Origin: an uncultured cyanobacterium
GTDB taxonomy: Bacteria > Cyanobacteriota > Cyanobacteriia > Pseudanabaenales > Pseudanabaenaceae
Assembly (NCBI GenBank): GCA_963703315.1
Contig: OY969811.1
Span: 4,501,175 to 4,565,174, forward strand
DNA: 64,000 nt
Reading direction: 5' to 3'
In this document: piece after piece, positions 10,168 through 20,362 of the stretch
Layout: the number at the start of each line of letters is the position of its first letter
How positions within the stretch are numbered: position 1 is the first letter of the stretch
Made by a program: the position numbers and the translations under genes
The notes under the pieces: generated by a model
What the model was told of the DNA's origin: nothing
What the model saw: only the letters and a program-made list of their open reading frames with translations
Databases searched by the model: none

Positions 10168-11883
10168 CCCACATTCCGCTCGTAATGGAAGAAAAAAAAC
10201 AATTACGAAACAGGAGCAGGGAGCAAATAGTAGCGTTGGCAGGAGGGAGAAAAGAAATTCAAAATGTGAATCCGAAGAGGAGACAAATTAACAACTTGAG
10301 TGAGTCCCTGAAAAGAAACTAAATGAACCGCCATAAAACATTGAAAAATCCAACGCAAAGTTGGCGAATTAGTGGGTTTACCCAATTGATTAGGAATAGT
10401 ATCTTGAGCGATGGCTAAGGCAAGTCTGAGTTGACGTTGGGCTAAATTATAAACGAGCAAGCACAGTGCCATAATCATGCCCAAAGCCTCAATGCGTTTA
10501 GCAGACTTGAGAAAAACACTCGAAGTAAAAAACAAAGGATCTTTGAGGAAACGAAAACCACGCTCAGTGCTCTGCTGAGCCTTGTATTCCCGTAAAGCAT
10601 CATCAGCCGTGAATTGTAAGGAATCAAGAATATTCGTGGCTAAAATAAACCTGCCACAACGCTGTTGCTGAGCCAAGATTTCTGAGTCTATAGGAATCAC
10701 CGTTGCAGTAATCCGATAACTAATGCTGGTGGGTATAGCATCAGGTTGTGGCTTACCCCGTTTCGCATAATGTGGTTTTTCTACTGCCTGAATATGGTCG
10801 AGTTGATGCCATTTCATCTTGGTTGATAATTTTTCAGCAGCAGCGATCGCGTCAGCAGCACAGGCAAAATCTTGTCCCGCCAAAGTGTGTAAATCTTGAT
10901 GACATTTTTGCTGGACTTGCTCAAGCTTTTTGTCTAACTTTTTGATGTCTGATTTACGTCTTGCTTGGCTATCAACTAAAATCCATCTCTGTCTTACACC
11001 ACCATACTCACTCACAGTTTCGGCTGTCCTGTATCCCTTAAATTTACTTTCTTGTAGGTCAGTTGTGCTTGACACTAAGTCACTTGCAGTTTTGATGCTT
11101 AATGGCACTCGGGTTAGCCATTTTAGTCCTGTCATTGCTACCAGATTTTCTTCACTGTATAGCGCTGCATCGCCTACGCATATTCCCTCAAATGTCCACT
11201 GGGTTTTGAATTCTTGTAATAGTCCTGCAAATCTTGCTTTGTCGGCTTGATTTCCACTTACCACTTCCATCATTACGGGAATGTCTCCATCTCCTACACA
11301 GATCAGGTTCATCATAAATTGCTTCAGGTCGGGGCGATGGTCGCGTGAATATCCGTGTGTGATTTCGATACTCCCTTCTTCCTCTCTGCCATATTCCCCA
11401 TCTACGTGAAATGAGGTTGAGTCTATATGTCCTGTTTCTACCTTGACATCGTATTTCGCTACTGCTTTCAGGCTGATTCCTAAAAATGTCTCACTCAGTC
11501 CTGCTTCATGTAAGTCATCCAGTACTTTACCGATGCGGTCATCATTGATTTGTTCGGCTGTTATCCCTTCCCCCAATAAGTGCTCGGTTGGTTTTCCTTC
11601 AAAGAATTTACCAAACATATACAGGGGTGCTGATACAAATCCTAATCCATTCAGGAGCATGGCTTTGACAATTACTCCTGCACTTACTTTTTCTCTTGAG
11701 CTTCTCCCGATTATCGTGTTTATTTCTTCCACGATTCCCATCTCGTCGATGATTCCTGCCACGATCCCTAGATGGTCTAGGTTCGTTACTTTCATCTCTG
11801 TATTAATACCTGCCTCCTCTTTTTGCTCTTGTGCCTTACCTTTAGTTAATTATTTTACCCTTCCATTACGAGCGGAATGTGGG
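10168..11883 (-). mobile_element. IS1634-family insertion sequence, 1716 bp
   Basis: Perfect 24-bp terminal IRs CCCACATTCCGCTCGTAATGGAAG (10168-10191 / 11860-11883); 6-bp target duplication TTAAAA (10162-10167 / 11884-11889). Confidence 0.9.
10203..11795 (-). CDS. IS1634 family DDE transposase
   Basis: LDHLGIVAGIIDE N-terminus, HIDSTSFHVDG, GYSRDHRPDLKQ, YKAQQSTERGFRFLKDP; uninterrupted 530 aa. Confidence 0.9.
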   Translation of the reverse strand: MKVTNLDHLGIVAGIIDEMGIVEEINTIIGRSSREKVSAGVIVKAMLLNGLGFVSAPLYMFGKFFEGKPTEHLLGEGITAEQINDDRIGKVLDDLHEAGLSETFLGISLKAVAKYDVKVETGHIDSTSFHVDGEYGREEEGSIEITHGYSRDHRPDLKQFMMNLICVGDGDIPVMMEVVSGNQADKARFAGLLQEFKTQWTFEGICVGDAALYSEENLVAMTGLKWLTRVPLSIKTASDLVSSTTDLQESKFKGYRTAETVSEYGGVRQRWILVDSQARRKSDIKKLDKKLEQVQQKCHQDLHTLAGQDFACAADAIAAAEKLSTKMKWHQLDHIQAVEKPHYAKRGKPQPDAIPTSISYRITATVIPIDSEILAQQQRCGRFILATNILDSLQFTADDALREYKAQQSTERGFRFLKDPLFFTSSVFLKSAKRIEALGMIMALCLLVYNLAQRQLRLALAIAQDTIPNQLGKPTNSPTLRWIFQCFMAVHLVSFQGLTQVVNLSPLRIHILNFFSPSCQRYYLLPAPVS

Positions 11884-11992
11884 TTAAAAATTGCAGCGAT
11901 CGCCATTGTTAACAATGCGATCGTGTTAACCAGAAACACTTCTGATTTTGGGCAAATTGCAAACTTACAAATAGAAGATTGGACACAGTAAA

Positions 11993-12028
11993 TTGATCGC
12001 TGTTTGATTTTTGTGGAATGGCGAGCAT
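11993..12028 (+). repeat. HIP1-anchored junction repeat
   Basis: TTGATCGCTGTTTGATTTTTGTGGAATG-GCGAGC, 1 nt after the vapC stop. Confidence 0.8.
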
Positions 12029-12103
12029 TTGGCAAACGGCGTGCTAAAAGTTGCTTATTGGTTATAAACTCATTGGCTATAATAATTTGTATACGCTAAA
12101 AGC

Positions 12104-12379
12104 ATGAAATTTGAATGGGACGCAAATAAACAACAACAAAATCAACAAAAGCATAAGATTTCCTTTGAAGAAGCAACAACCGTTTGGACTGATCCATTAG
12201 CTTTAATTGCTCCTGATCCAACTCATTCAATAACAGAACAAAGAGAATGGATTATTGGACAATCATACGAAAGTCGTATATTAGTAGTTGTTTTCACAAT
12301 GAGAGAAGAGATAATTAGAATTATCAGTGTTAGACCTGCCAATAAATCGGAAAGAAAAAAGTATGTCGAATCAACCTGA
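12104..12379 (+). CDS. BrnT family toxin
   Basis: MKFEWDANK...KHKISFEEA...IRIISVR.A...ER motif. Confidence 0.88.
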   Translation: MKFEWDANKQQQNQQKHKISFEEATTVWTDPLALIAPDPTHSITEQREWIIGQSYESRILVVVFTMREEIIRIISVRPANKSERKKYVEST

Positions 12380-12632
12380 ATTTCCTTTTGCTAATGCCAG
12401 AAGAATTAGTGAATCAGAAGTAATAGCTGCCGAGCAAGCTATTAAACAACAATTTGGAATTAATCTCACACAGCATAAAGATTCAACTAAAAATGAAACA
12501 GAAAATTATCAATCAATTTCTATTCAGCTAGATCCTAAAATAATTGCTTGGGCAAAAGCTGAAGCTACAAAAAAAGGAGTTAAATATCAAGCAATCATTA
12601 ATGAAGTACTTCTCAAGGCGATCGCTTTTTGA
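12363..12632 (+). CDS. BrnA family antitoxin
   Basis: ISIQLDPKIIAW.K......YQAIINEVL RHH-type motif; start ATG 12363; stop lies inside the junction repeat. Confidence 0.82.
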   Translation: MSNQPEFPFANARRISESEVIAAEQAIKQQFGINLTQHKDSTKNETENYQSISIQLDPKIIAWAKAEATKKGVKYQAIINEVLLKAIAF

Positions 12633-12653
12633 TTTTGATGAAGGGGCGATCTC
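12618..12653 (+). repeat. HIP1-anchored junction repeat
   Basis: GCGATCGCTTTTTGATTTTGATGAAGGG-GCGATCTC. Confidence 0.8.
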
Positions 12654-12710
12654 TTTACCTCATGTTAGGATTTAACAAAGTAAATATACTTGTACACAAT
12701 TAATTCTCTT

Positions 12711-12932
12711 ATGAACACCCTAGTAGAGATTAAAACAGCGATCGCTAGATTGTCTGATGACGAAACATCAGCATTATTATCGTGGCTACAAGAACGCTCA
12801 GAAGATGACTGGGATAAACAAATAAAGAAAGACTCTGAGCTGGGTAAATTAGACAAAATTATCCAACGAACAAAAGCCCATATCGCCGCCAATCGCGTCA
12901 AGAAACTGGATGAAGTCATTAACAACTCCTGA
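12711..12932 (+). CDS. Putative antitoxin
   Basis: EIKTAIARLS...WDKQIKKDSELGKLD pattern; overlaps the downstream RelE/ParE-like toxin. Confidence 0.7.
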   Translation: MNTLVEIKTAIARLSDDETSALLSWLQERSEDDWDKQIKKDSELGKLDKIIQRTKAHIAANRVKKLDEVINNS

Positions 12933-13173
12933 TTTTTGGGAGGCTTACGTAGCTTTGCCGCCATCCATCAAAGCCCAAGCCAAAAAAACTTATCAAATCT
13001 GGCTAAGCGATCGCTTTTATCCATCCCTACATTTCAAAAAAGTCAATCAAAATCTATGGTCTATTCGCATCAATAGAGAATATCGAGCTTTAGCCTTAAA
13101 AGAAGGAGATGATTATTACTGGTTTTGGATCGGTTTGCATGACGAATACGACAGATTAATTGATGAAAATTAA
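12910..13173 (+). CDS. RelE/ParE-superfamily toxin
   Basis: FWEAYVALP, PSLHFKKV, WSIRINREYRALA, WFWIGLHDEYD. Confidence 0.8.
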   Translation: MKSLTTPDFWEAYVALPPSIKAQAKKTYQIWLSDRFYPSLHFKKVNQNLWSIRINREYRALALKEGDDYYWFWIGLHDEYDRLIDEN

Positions 13174-13176
13174 TAT

Positions 13177-13253
13177 TGAGGAGGCGATCGCTGTTTGATT
13201 TTTGTATGGAGTGGCGATAGTGATTTTAGGTGTTGAGGTGCGATCGCTGTTTG
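13177..13253 (+). repeat. HIP1-anchored junction repeat (A-B-A)
   Basis: Octamers at 13184, 13214, 13240 with A and B spacers. Confidence 0.85.
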
Positions 13254-13272
13254 AATATTGTAAAATCAAATA

Positions 13273-13501
13273 ATAGGGTAAGAAAGAAAAACTACTTGAA
13301 CTCCTAAAAAACAGTCCCAACAACGTGACGTTTGGCGATATTCGTAAACTTTTAGAGCTAGAAGGTTTTGACTTGGATAGAATTACAGGTAGTCATCATA
13401 TTTTCAAAAGAGATGAAGTAGTTCTAGTCATCCCAGTCCACAACAACCGAGTCAAGTCTGTATATGTTAAAAGAGTCGTAGAACTCATAGAAGGAGAATA
13501 A
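13273..13501 (+). pseudogene. hicA: HicA toxin copy 2 with start codon destroyed
   Basis: Near-identical to 9064-9297, but ATG became ATAG (1-nt insertion), placing TAG in frame before GKKEK; the rest is open to TAA 13499-13501. Confidence 0.85.
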
Positions 13502-13503
13502 TT

Positions 13504-13731
13504 ATGAGATATCCAATAGTAATTTATCCCTGTGAAGAAGGTGGTTTTGTTGCTGAAATTCCAGCTTTAAAAGGATGTTTAGCTCAAGGTGAAACCCTAG
13601 AAGAAACTTTGCAAGAGTTAATTACAGTAAGAACTTTGTGGCTAGAGACAGCCCAAAAGCATGGTCAAAAACTTCCAGATGAAAGTAAGGCGATCGCTAG
13701 AGTAAAAGCATTAAGTGCGATCGCTGTTTGA
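13504..13731 (+). CDS. hicB: HicB family antitoxin (copy 2)
   Basis: Protein differs from copy 1 only at residue 2 (R vs K). Confidence 0.9.
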   Translation: MRYPIVIYPCEEGGFVAEIPALKGCLAQGETLEETLQELITVRTLWLETAQKHGQKLPDESKAIARVKALSAIAV

Positions 13732-13840
13732 TTTTTGTGAAGTAGCGATCGCGATGCTTTTTGTTGTTGATGGGGCGATCGTGCTATTTGGGTTGAGATT
13801 AGGGGCGATCGCTAGTTGATTTTGGTGGAGTGGCGATTAT
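13717..13840 (+). repeat. HIP1-anchored junction repeat (extended)
   Basis: Octamers at 13717, 13745, 13775, 13805, 13833. Confidence 0.85.
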
Positions 13841-13868
13841 TATGTTTATTGTAGTTAGGTAGACCCAA

Positions 13869-14126
13869 ATGCCAACAGTTTTATATGTAAAGGGCTGGCG
13901 ATTTTTCTTTTATTCAGATGAAGGAAACGAGCCAATTCATATTCATGTTCAGAAAGGAGACAGCGAATGTAAATATTGGCTAGACATTGATCTATACGAA
14001 ATCCGTGAGGCTTACTCCTATGGAATGTCATCACGCGATACGAGAGAAGTTAAGAAAATAATTTTACAAAACTTTGATGAAATAGTAGAAGAATGGCAAG
14101 CATTCAGGAGTCAGCAAAATGGATAA
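13869..14126 (+). CDS. DUF4160 family protein (TA module component)
   Basis: GWRFFFYSDEGNEPIHIHV motif. Confidence 0.85.
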   Translation: MPTVLYVKGWRFFFYSDEGNEPIHIHVQKGDSECKYWLDIDLYEIREAYSYGMSSRDTREVKKIILQNFDEIVEEWQAFRSQQNG

Positions 14127-14364
14127 GCAATACAACGTATCGAATATAGAATTTAGTGGCGAATGGATAATTCTATCGGTTAATGAAGAAACCTATCAAA
14201 TCCCAATTGTTCAAGCTTCTAAAAAACTTGCTCAAGCAACAGATATTGAACGTAAGATGTACCGCATTTCTCCATCAGGTTATGGGATTCATTGGTATGC
14301 GATCGATGAAGATTTAACAACTAAAGGACTTATTAAGTTAGCCACAGTTGCCCAAACAGCTTAA
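14119..14364 (+). CDS. DUF2442 family protein (partner of DUF4160)
   Basis: L..AT..ER....ISPSGYGIHWYAIDEDL motif. Confidence 0.85.
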   Translation: MDKQYNVSNIEFSGEWIILSVNEETYQIPIVQASKKLAQATDIERKMYRISPSGYGIHWYAIDEDLTTKGLIKLATVAQTA

Positions 14365-14371
14365 ACAATGG

Positions 14372-14405
14372 GCGATCGCTGTTTGATTTTTGTGAAGTAG
14401 CGATA
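14372..14405 (+). repeat. HIP1-anchored junction repeat
   Basis: GCGATCGCTGTTTGATTTTTGTGAAGTA-GCGAT, 7 nt after the stop. Confidence 0.85.
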
Positions 14406-14470
14406 TTACACCCATTAAATTTGTTTTTTGCTAGACTACATACCAGATACTCATCACTTTGAGGTTATTT

Positions 14471-14698
14471 ATGAGATCAATAGAGCTACTTACGAAAGAA
14501 TTATTATCTCTCCCTAGTATTTCTAGAGCGCTATTAGCAGAAAAACTAGTCGAAAGCCTAGAATTTGACACCGATCCAACTGTTCAGGCAACATGGACAG
14601 CCGAAGCAAAAAAAAGACGTGATGCAGTCCGTGATAGTTCTGTTCAAACAATCGAAGGAGAAGATGCTCTAGCTCAGGTAAGACGGTTACTTGCGTAA
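14471..14698 (+). CDS. Addiction module antitoxin (TIGR02574-like)
   Basis: LSLP...RALLAEKLVESL...W..EAKKR pattern; GAGG upstream of ATG 14471. Confidence 0.8.
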   Translation: MRSIELLTKELLSLPSISRALLAEKLVESLEFDTDPTVQATWTAEAKKRRDAVRDSSVQTIEGEDALAQVRRLLA

Positions 14699-14988
14699 TG
14701 AAGTATGTATTTCATCCCGAAGCACTTGCTGAATATTCTGATGCAGTTCAATATTATGCTGAACAGAGAACAGAAATTGCCCAAGCATTTATCAATGCAA
14801 TTGAAGATGCAATTTTTCGGATTAAGGAATCTCCTAATCGTTACGCCGCAATTGATGAAGATATTCGACGATGCATGACACGAAAATTCCCCTACGGAAT
14901 CCTCTATACGATTGAGGAAGATTATATTCTGATCTTAGCCGTGATGCATTGCAGTCGAGAAGTTGGATATTGGAAAAATAGGAAGTAA
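14698..14988 (+). CDS. ParE/RelE family toxin
   Basis: FHPEALAE, RRCMTRKFPYGILY, ILAVMHCSR..GYW. Confidence 0.85.
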   Translation: MKYVFHPEALAEYSDAVQYYAEQRTEIAQAFINAIEDAIFRIKESPNRYAAIDEDIRRCMTRKFPYGILYTIEEDYILILAVMHCSREVGYWKNRK

Positions 14989-15034
14989 GGCGATCGCTGA
15001 TTACAAAATTTACATTGATATAACCCTTCGCATT

Positions 15035-15055
15035 TAACGTGCCACGTTATATGAT
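15035..15055 (+). promoter_or_regulatory. Palindromic operator adjoining a putative -10 box of higBA
   Basis: TAACGT-GCC-ACGTTA directly followed by TATGAT, about 30 nt upstream of higB. Confidence 0.55.
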
Positions 15056-15083
15056 ACGAATATAAACTTACTATTCCTTAGTC

Positions 15084-15365
15084 GTGATCCGAAGCTTTAA
15101 GGATAAAGAAACTCAAAAAATCTTTGAGAGACTGCGATCGCGTAAATTGCCATCAGAAATTCAACAAGTAGCCTTACGAAAATTGCGTATGCTAAATCAG
15201 TCACCCACTCTTCAAGAACTTCGTATTCCACCAGCAAATCGATTAGAACGACTAAGTGGCGATCGTGAAGGTCAATATAGCATTCGGATTAACAATCAAT
15301 GGCGTATTTGCTTTGAATGGCAAAATGATGACGCTTTCAATGTGGAAATTGTTGATTATCATTGA
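15084..15365 (+). CDS. higB: HigB (plasmid maintenance killer) toxin
   Basis: MIRSFKDKET, LRIPPANRLE.L.GDR.GQYSIRINNQWRICF, VEIVDYH; GTG start. Confidence 0.92.
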   Translation: MIRSFKDKETQKIFERLRSRKLPSEIQQVALRKLRMLNQSPTLQELRIPPANRLERLSGDREGQYSIRINNQWRICFEWQNDDAFNVEIVDYH

Positions 15366-15374
15366 GGAATCAAA

Positions 15375-15671
15375 ATGAACGAAGATAAACTTAATCCAAT
15401 TCATCCTGGGGAAGTTCTTTTAGAAGAATTTCTTAAACCGATGAACTTGAGTCAAAATCAACTAGCGTTAGCTCTTCGAGTTCCCGCCCGACGTATTAAC
15501 GAAATCATTCACGGTAAACGACGAATCACCACAGATACGGCAATTCGCTTAGCATTCTATTTCAATATGTCCCCCAGATTTTGGCTTGGATTACAAATGG
15601 ATTACGATTTAGATATAGCTGAAGATGAAGTTGGAGAAAAACTAAAAATGGAAGTAGCAGTTTTTAGCTAA
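15375..15671 (+). CDS. higA: HigA family antitoxin (HTH)
   Basis: PIHPGEVLLEEFLKP, RINEIIHGKRRIT, FWLGLQMDYDL. Confidence 0.92.
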   Translation: MNEDKLNPIHPGEVLLEEFLKPMNLSQNQLALALRVPARRINEIIHGKRRITTDTAIRLAFYFNMSPRFWLGLQMDYDLDIAEDEVGEKLKMEVAVFS

Positions 15672-15672
15672 A

Positions 15673-15738
15673 GCGATCGCTGTTTGATTTTTTGAAGTGG
15701 CGATCGCCCAGCATTGCACTAATTGTGAGGGCGATCGC
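15673..15738 (+). repeat. HIP1-anchored junction repeat closing the first array
   Basis: Octamers at 15673, 15700, 15731; first spacer TGTTTGATTTTTTGAAGTG. Confidence 0.8.
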
Positions 15739-15760
15739 TTGTGAGAGATAGAACTTGTGA

Positions 15761-18028
<2,268 letters not shown>

Positions 18029-18086
18029 TTAAATGATACATGGCTTAGTTAATCTGATTCGTATCGGTTTTATCCAGAAAATAGCG

Positions 18087-18192
18087 ATCGAGCTTCACCT
18101 AAAATATAGACAAAATTACCGATGTTCGCTTTGAAACCAATTCCACTACCACGCGATCCGCTCCAACGATGCCGATGATAAGCCCCAAATGA
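18087..18192 (+). pseudogene. Decayed internal fragment of the ChuX/HutX-like gene
   Basis: Aligns to 7278-7401 (TTCACCTAAA...GACAAAATTACCGATGT.CGCTTTGAAACC...AAGCCCCAAATGA) with an 18-nt deletion and small indels. Confidence 0.8.
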
Positions 18193-18302
18193 TTCTGTAA
18201 TAAGGTAAGATAACCCACTGAGAGTCTGTAGGAAATATACTATGTTTTTAAGCTATATTTAAATATTAGATAAGTCTATAAAGAAAATAACCAGTTATAT
18301 AT

Positions 18303-19562
18303 ATGGTAAAAGCTGTTATGTCCAATCTAAAACTTTTTGAGGAAGAAAAAAAGGATTTAACTTTCTTTGAAGAAAAAGAAGATACAGATAGTGATTCTGA
18401 TGATCTCCAAAAACTATTAGAAGAGATTGCCGAAATCCTCGTGACTGGGACTGATTGGACAACAAGAACTTTACTAGATCAACTTGTGAGGGAAAATATT
18501 CAATTAAATCCAAGATTTCAAAGACGTGATGCGTGGAATATCGTACGAAAAAGTAGATTTATAGAATCAATTATTCTTGGATTTCCTATCCCACACATAG
18601 TTTTAGCATCTAATCAAAAAGAACGAGGAAAATTCGTTGTTCTTGATGGTAAGCAACGCCTACTTACGATTCTTCAATTTTACGGTAAAAGCACGGCGAC
18701 AAAAAATAATAATTTCTCTTTGAGAGGATTAGAATTCAGGAAAGATCTAGATGGTCTTTCGTATAAAGATTTAGAAAATAATCCAGACTATGCTTCTATA
18801 GTTGCACCTCTTGATAATCAGACTATTCGCACTATCTTGATCCGAAATTGGCATACTGAATCTTTTCTCTATAAAATCTTTTTACGTCTTAATGTTGAAA
18901 GTACGCCTTTATCACCTCAAGAACTTAGACAGGCACTTCATCCAGGTGATTTTGTCAACTTTTTAGACGATCAATCGGTTGCTAGTCAATCGTTGAGGCG
19001 AATTTTTAAGTCAAAAGAGCCTGATTTTAGGATGAGAGACAATGAATTGCTTATGAGGTTTATGGGATTTCATTATTTCTTACCTGAGTATCGTGGCACA
19101 TTAAAAGCTTTTCTAGATATGACTTGTAAAAGGCTTAATGAAGAATGGGAAAATAAAGCAGACGATATTAAGGAAGCCGCTAATCAGTTTGAATACGCTA
19201 TAGAAGTAACTATTGAGATATTTGGAGAAAGACATTTCTCCCGTCTTTGGCTAGATAAATCACAAACATATCGCAGTCAATTTAATAGAGCGATTTTAGA
19301 TGCTATGGTTTTCTATTTTTCTGATCCTATTATTAGAAATGTAGCAGTAACTAGAAAAGAATCAATAAATACCGCATTCAAGGAACTATGTTCTTCTACT
19401 GGAAATGGATTTAGAGAATCTGTCGAGGGTAATACAAAAAATATTGGTGAAACCTTTACTCGCTTATCTTTATGGGGGAAAACTCTTAGAGATATATTAG
19501 ATATAGATTTCAATGTACCTGATTTAATTGAAAACCGCATAGTCTTCACCAGTTTACATTAG
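18303..19562 (+). CDS. DUF262 (GmrSD N-terminal-like, ParB/Srx fold) protein
   Basis: PRFQRRDAW, SRFIESIILGFPIP, VLDGKQRLLTI, FLRLNVESTPLSPQELR. Confidence 0.88.
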   Translation: MVKAVMSNLKLFEEEKKDLTFFEEKEDTDSDSDDLQKLLEEIAEILVTGTDWTTRTLLDQLVRENIQLNPRFQRRDAWNIVRKSRFIESIILGFPIPHIVLASNQKERGKFVVLDGKQRLLTILQFYGKSTATKNNNFSLRGLEFRKDLDGLSYKDLENNPDYASIVAPLDNQTIRTILIRNWHTESFLYKIFLRLNVESTPLSPQELRQALHPGDFVNFLDDQSVASQSLRRIFKSKEPDFRMRDNELLMRFMGFHYFLPEYRGTLKAFLDMTCKRLNEEWENKADDIKEAANQFEYAIEVTIEIFGERHFSRLWLDKSQTYRSQFNRAILDAMVFYFSDPIIRNVAVTRKESINTAFKELCSSTGNGFRESVEGNTKNIGETFTRLSLWGKTLRDILDIDFNVPDLIENRIVFTSLH

Positions 19563-19576
19563 TTTCTATTTAGAAT

Positions 19577-20170
19577 ATGTCGATTTCAAGAAGGTTTCGT
19601 GATTTAGAGAGAGAGCTAAGTAGACTAAAAAAGCAATTTCTACCTAAAATTAGTCCTACTGGCTCATATTCTGATAGAAAGCTGTCCTTAACTATTGCTT
19701 ATAGAGTTTTAGCTCATGCTGAGATTGAATCCTATCTTGAGAATAGAGCTGAGGAAGTAGTTCTCTATGCAAAGAGAAAATGGGATGTTGATGGCAATTC
19801 TAGTCGCGCATTGGTTGCTATTGTGGCTTTTGCAGAAAACAAGCGAACTGCATCTGCGCCATTCTTAAATGATAAAATAAGATTTGCAGTTGATATTTTT
19901 CAGACTGCAATCCGAGAAAATCATGGAATAAAAGAAAAGAATATTCTGAATTTGATGTTGCCAATAGGTATAGATAATAATGATTTAGATACTGTTTTCT
20001 TGGCTAATATGAATACGTTTGGAGAAGATAGAGGTCTTGTAGCGCATTCATCAGCAACACTATATAGAGTAACAAATTTACCAGATCCTGCTACTGAGTT
20101 AAATAGAATACAGCAAATTACTAATGACCTTAGAAATTTAGATCAGCTAATAAGTGCTTTGATGGAATAA
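19577..20170 (+). CDS. HEPN-domain protein (RiboL-PSP / MAE_28990-like)
   Basis: N-terminal AHAEIESYLE and Rx4H motif RGLVAH; operonic with DUF262. Confidence 0.75.
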   Translation: MSISRRFRDLERELSRLKKQFLPKISPTGSYSDRKLSLTIAYRVLAHAEIESYLENRAEEVVLYAKRKWDVDGNSSRALVAIVAFAENKRTASAPFLNDKIRFAVDIFQTAIRENHGIKEKNILNLMLPIGIDNNDLDTVFLANMNTFGEDRGLVAHSSATLYRVTNLPDPATELNRIQQITNDLRNLDQLISALME

Positions 20171-20178
20171 AGAATGTA

Positions 20179-20327
20179 GTGATCGCTGTTTGATTTTTGT
20201 AGAGAGGTGATCGTGATGTTTTTGGGTGTTGAGAGGGCGATCACTGTTTCATTTTTGTGGAATGGCGATCGTGATATTGAAGTGTTGAGGGGGCGATCGC
20301 TGTTTGATTTTTGATTGGGGCGATCAT
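20179..20327 (+). repeat. HIP1-anchored junction repeat (A-B-A-B-A)
   Basis: Octamers at 20179, 20207, 20237, 20265, 20293, 20320 with alternating spacers. Confidence 0.88.
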
Positions 20328-20362
20328 GTTAATCTATAAAATATAAATTAGGGAACAAAGAT

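Larger units (their letters stand above)
9847..11991 (+). pseudogene. vapC: VapC/PIN toxin split by IS1634 (5' part 9847-10167, 3' part 11890-11991)
   Basis: MYILDTDHLS N-terminus. Removing the IS and one TTAAAA restores ...GTMDLK|IAAIAIVNNAIVLTRNTSDF..IEDW, a 140-aa PIN protein. Confidence 0.9.

Noticed and set aside
11443..11991. 182-aa + strand ORF
   Set aside because: Chimera of antisense transposase sequence and the 3' end of the interrupted vapC.
8929..15740. Classical integron (attC/intI)
   Set aside because: No tyrosine recombinase in the window, and the junctions lack attC inverted-repeat structure.
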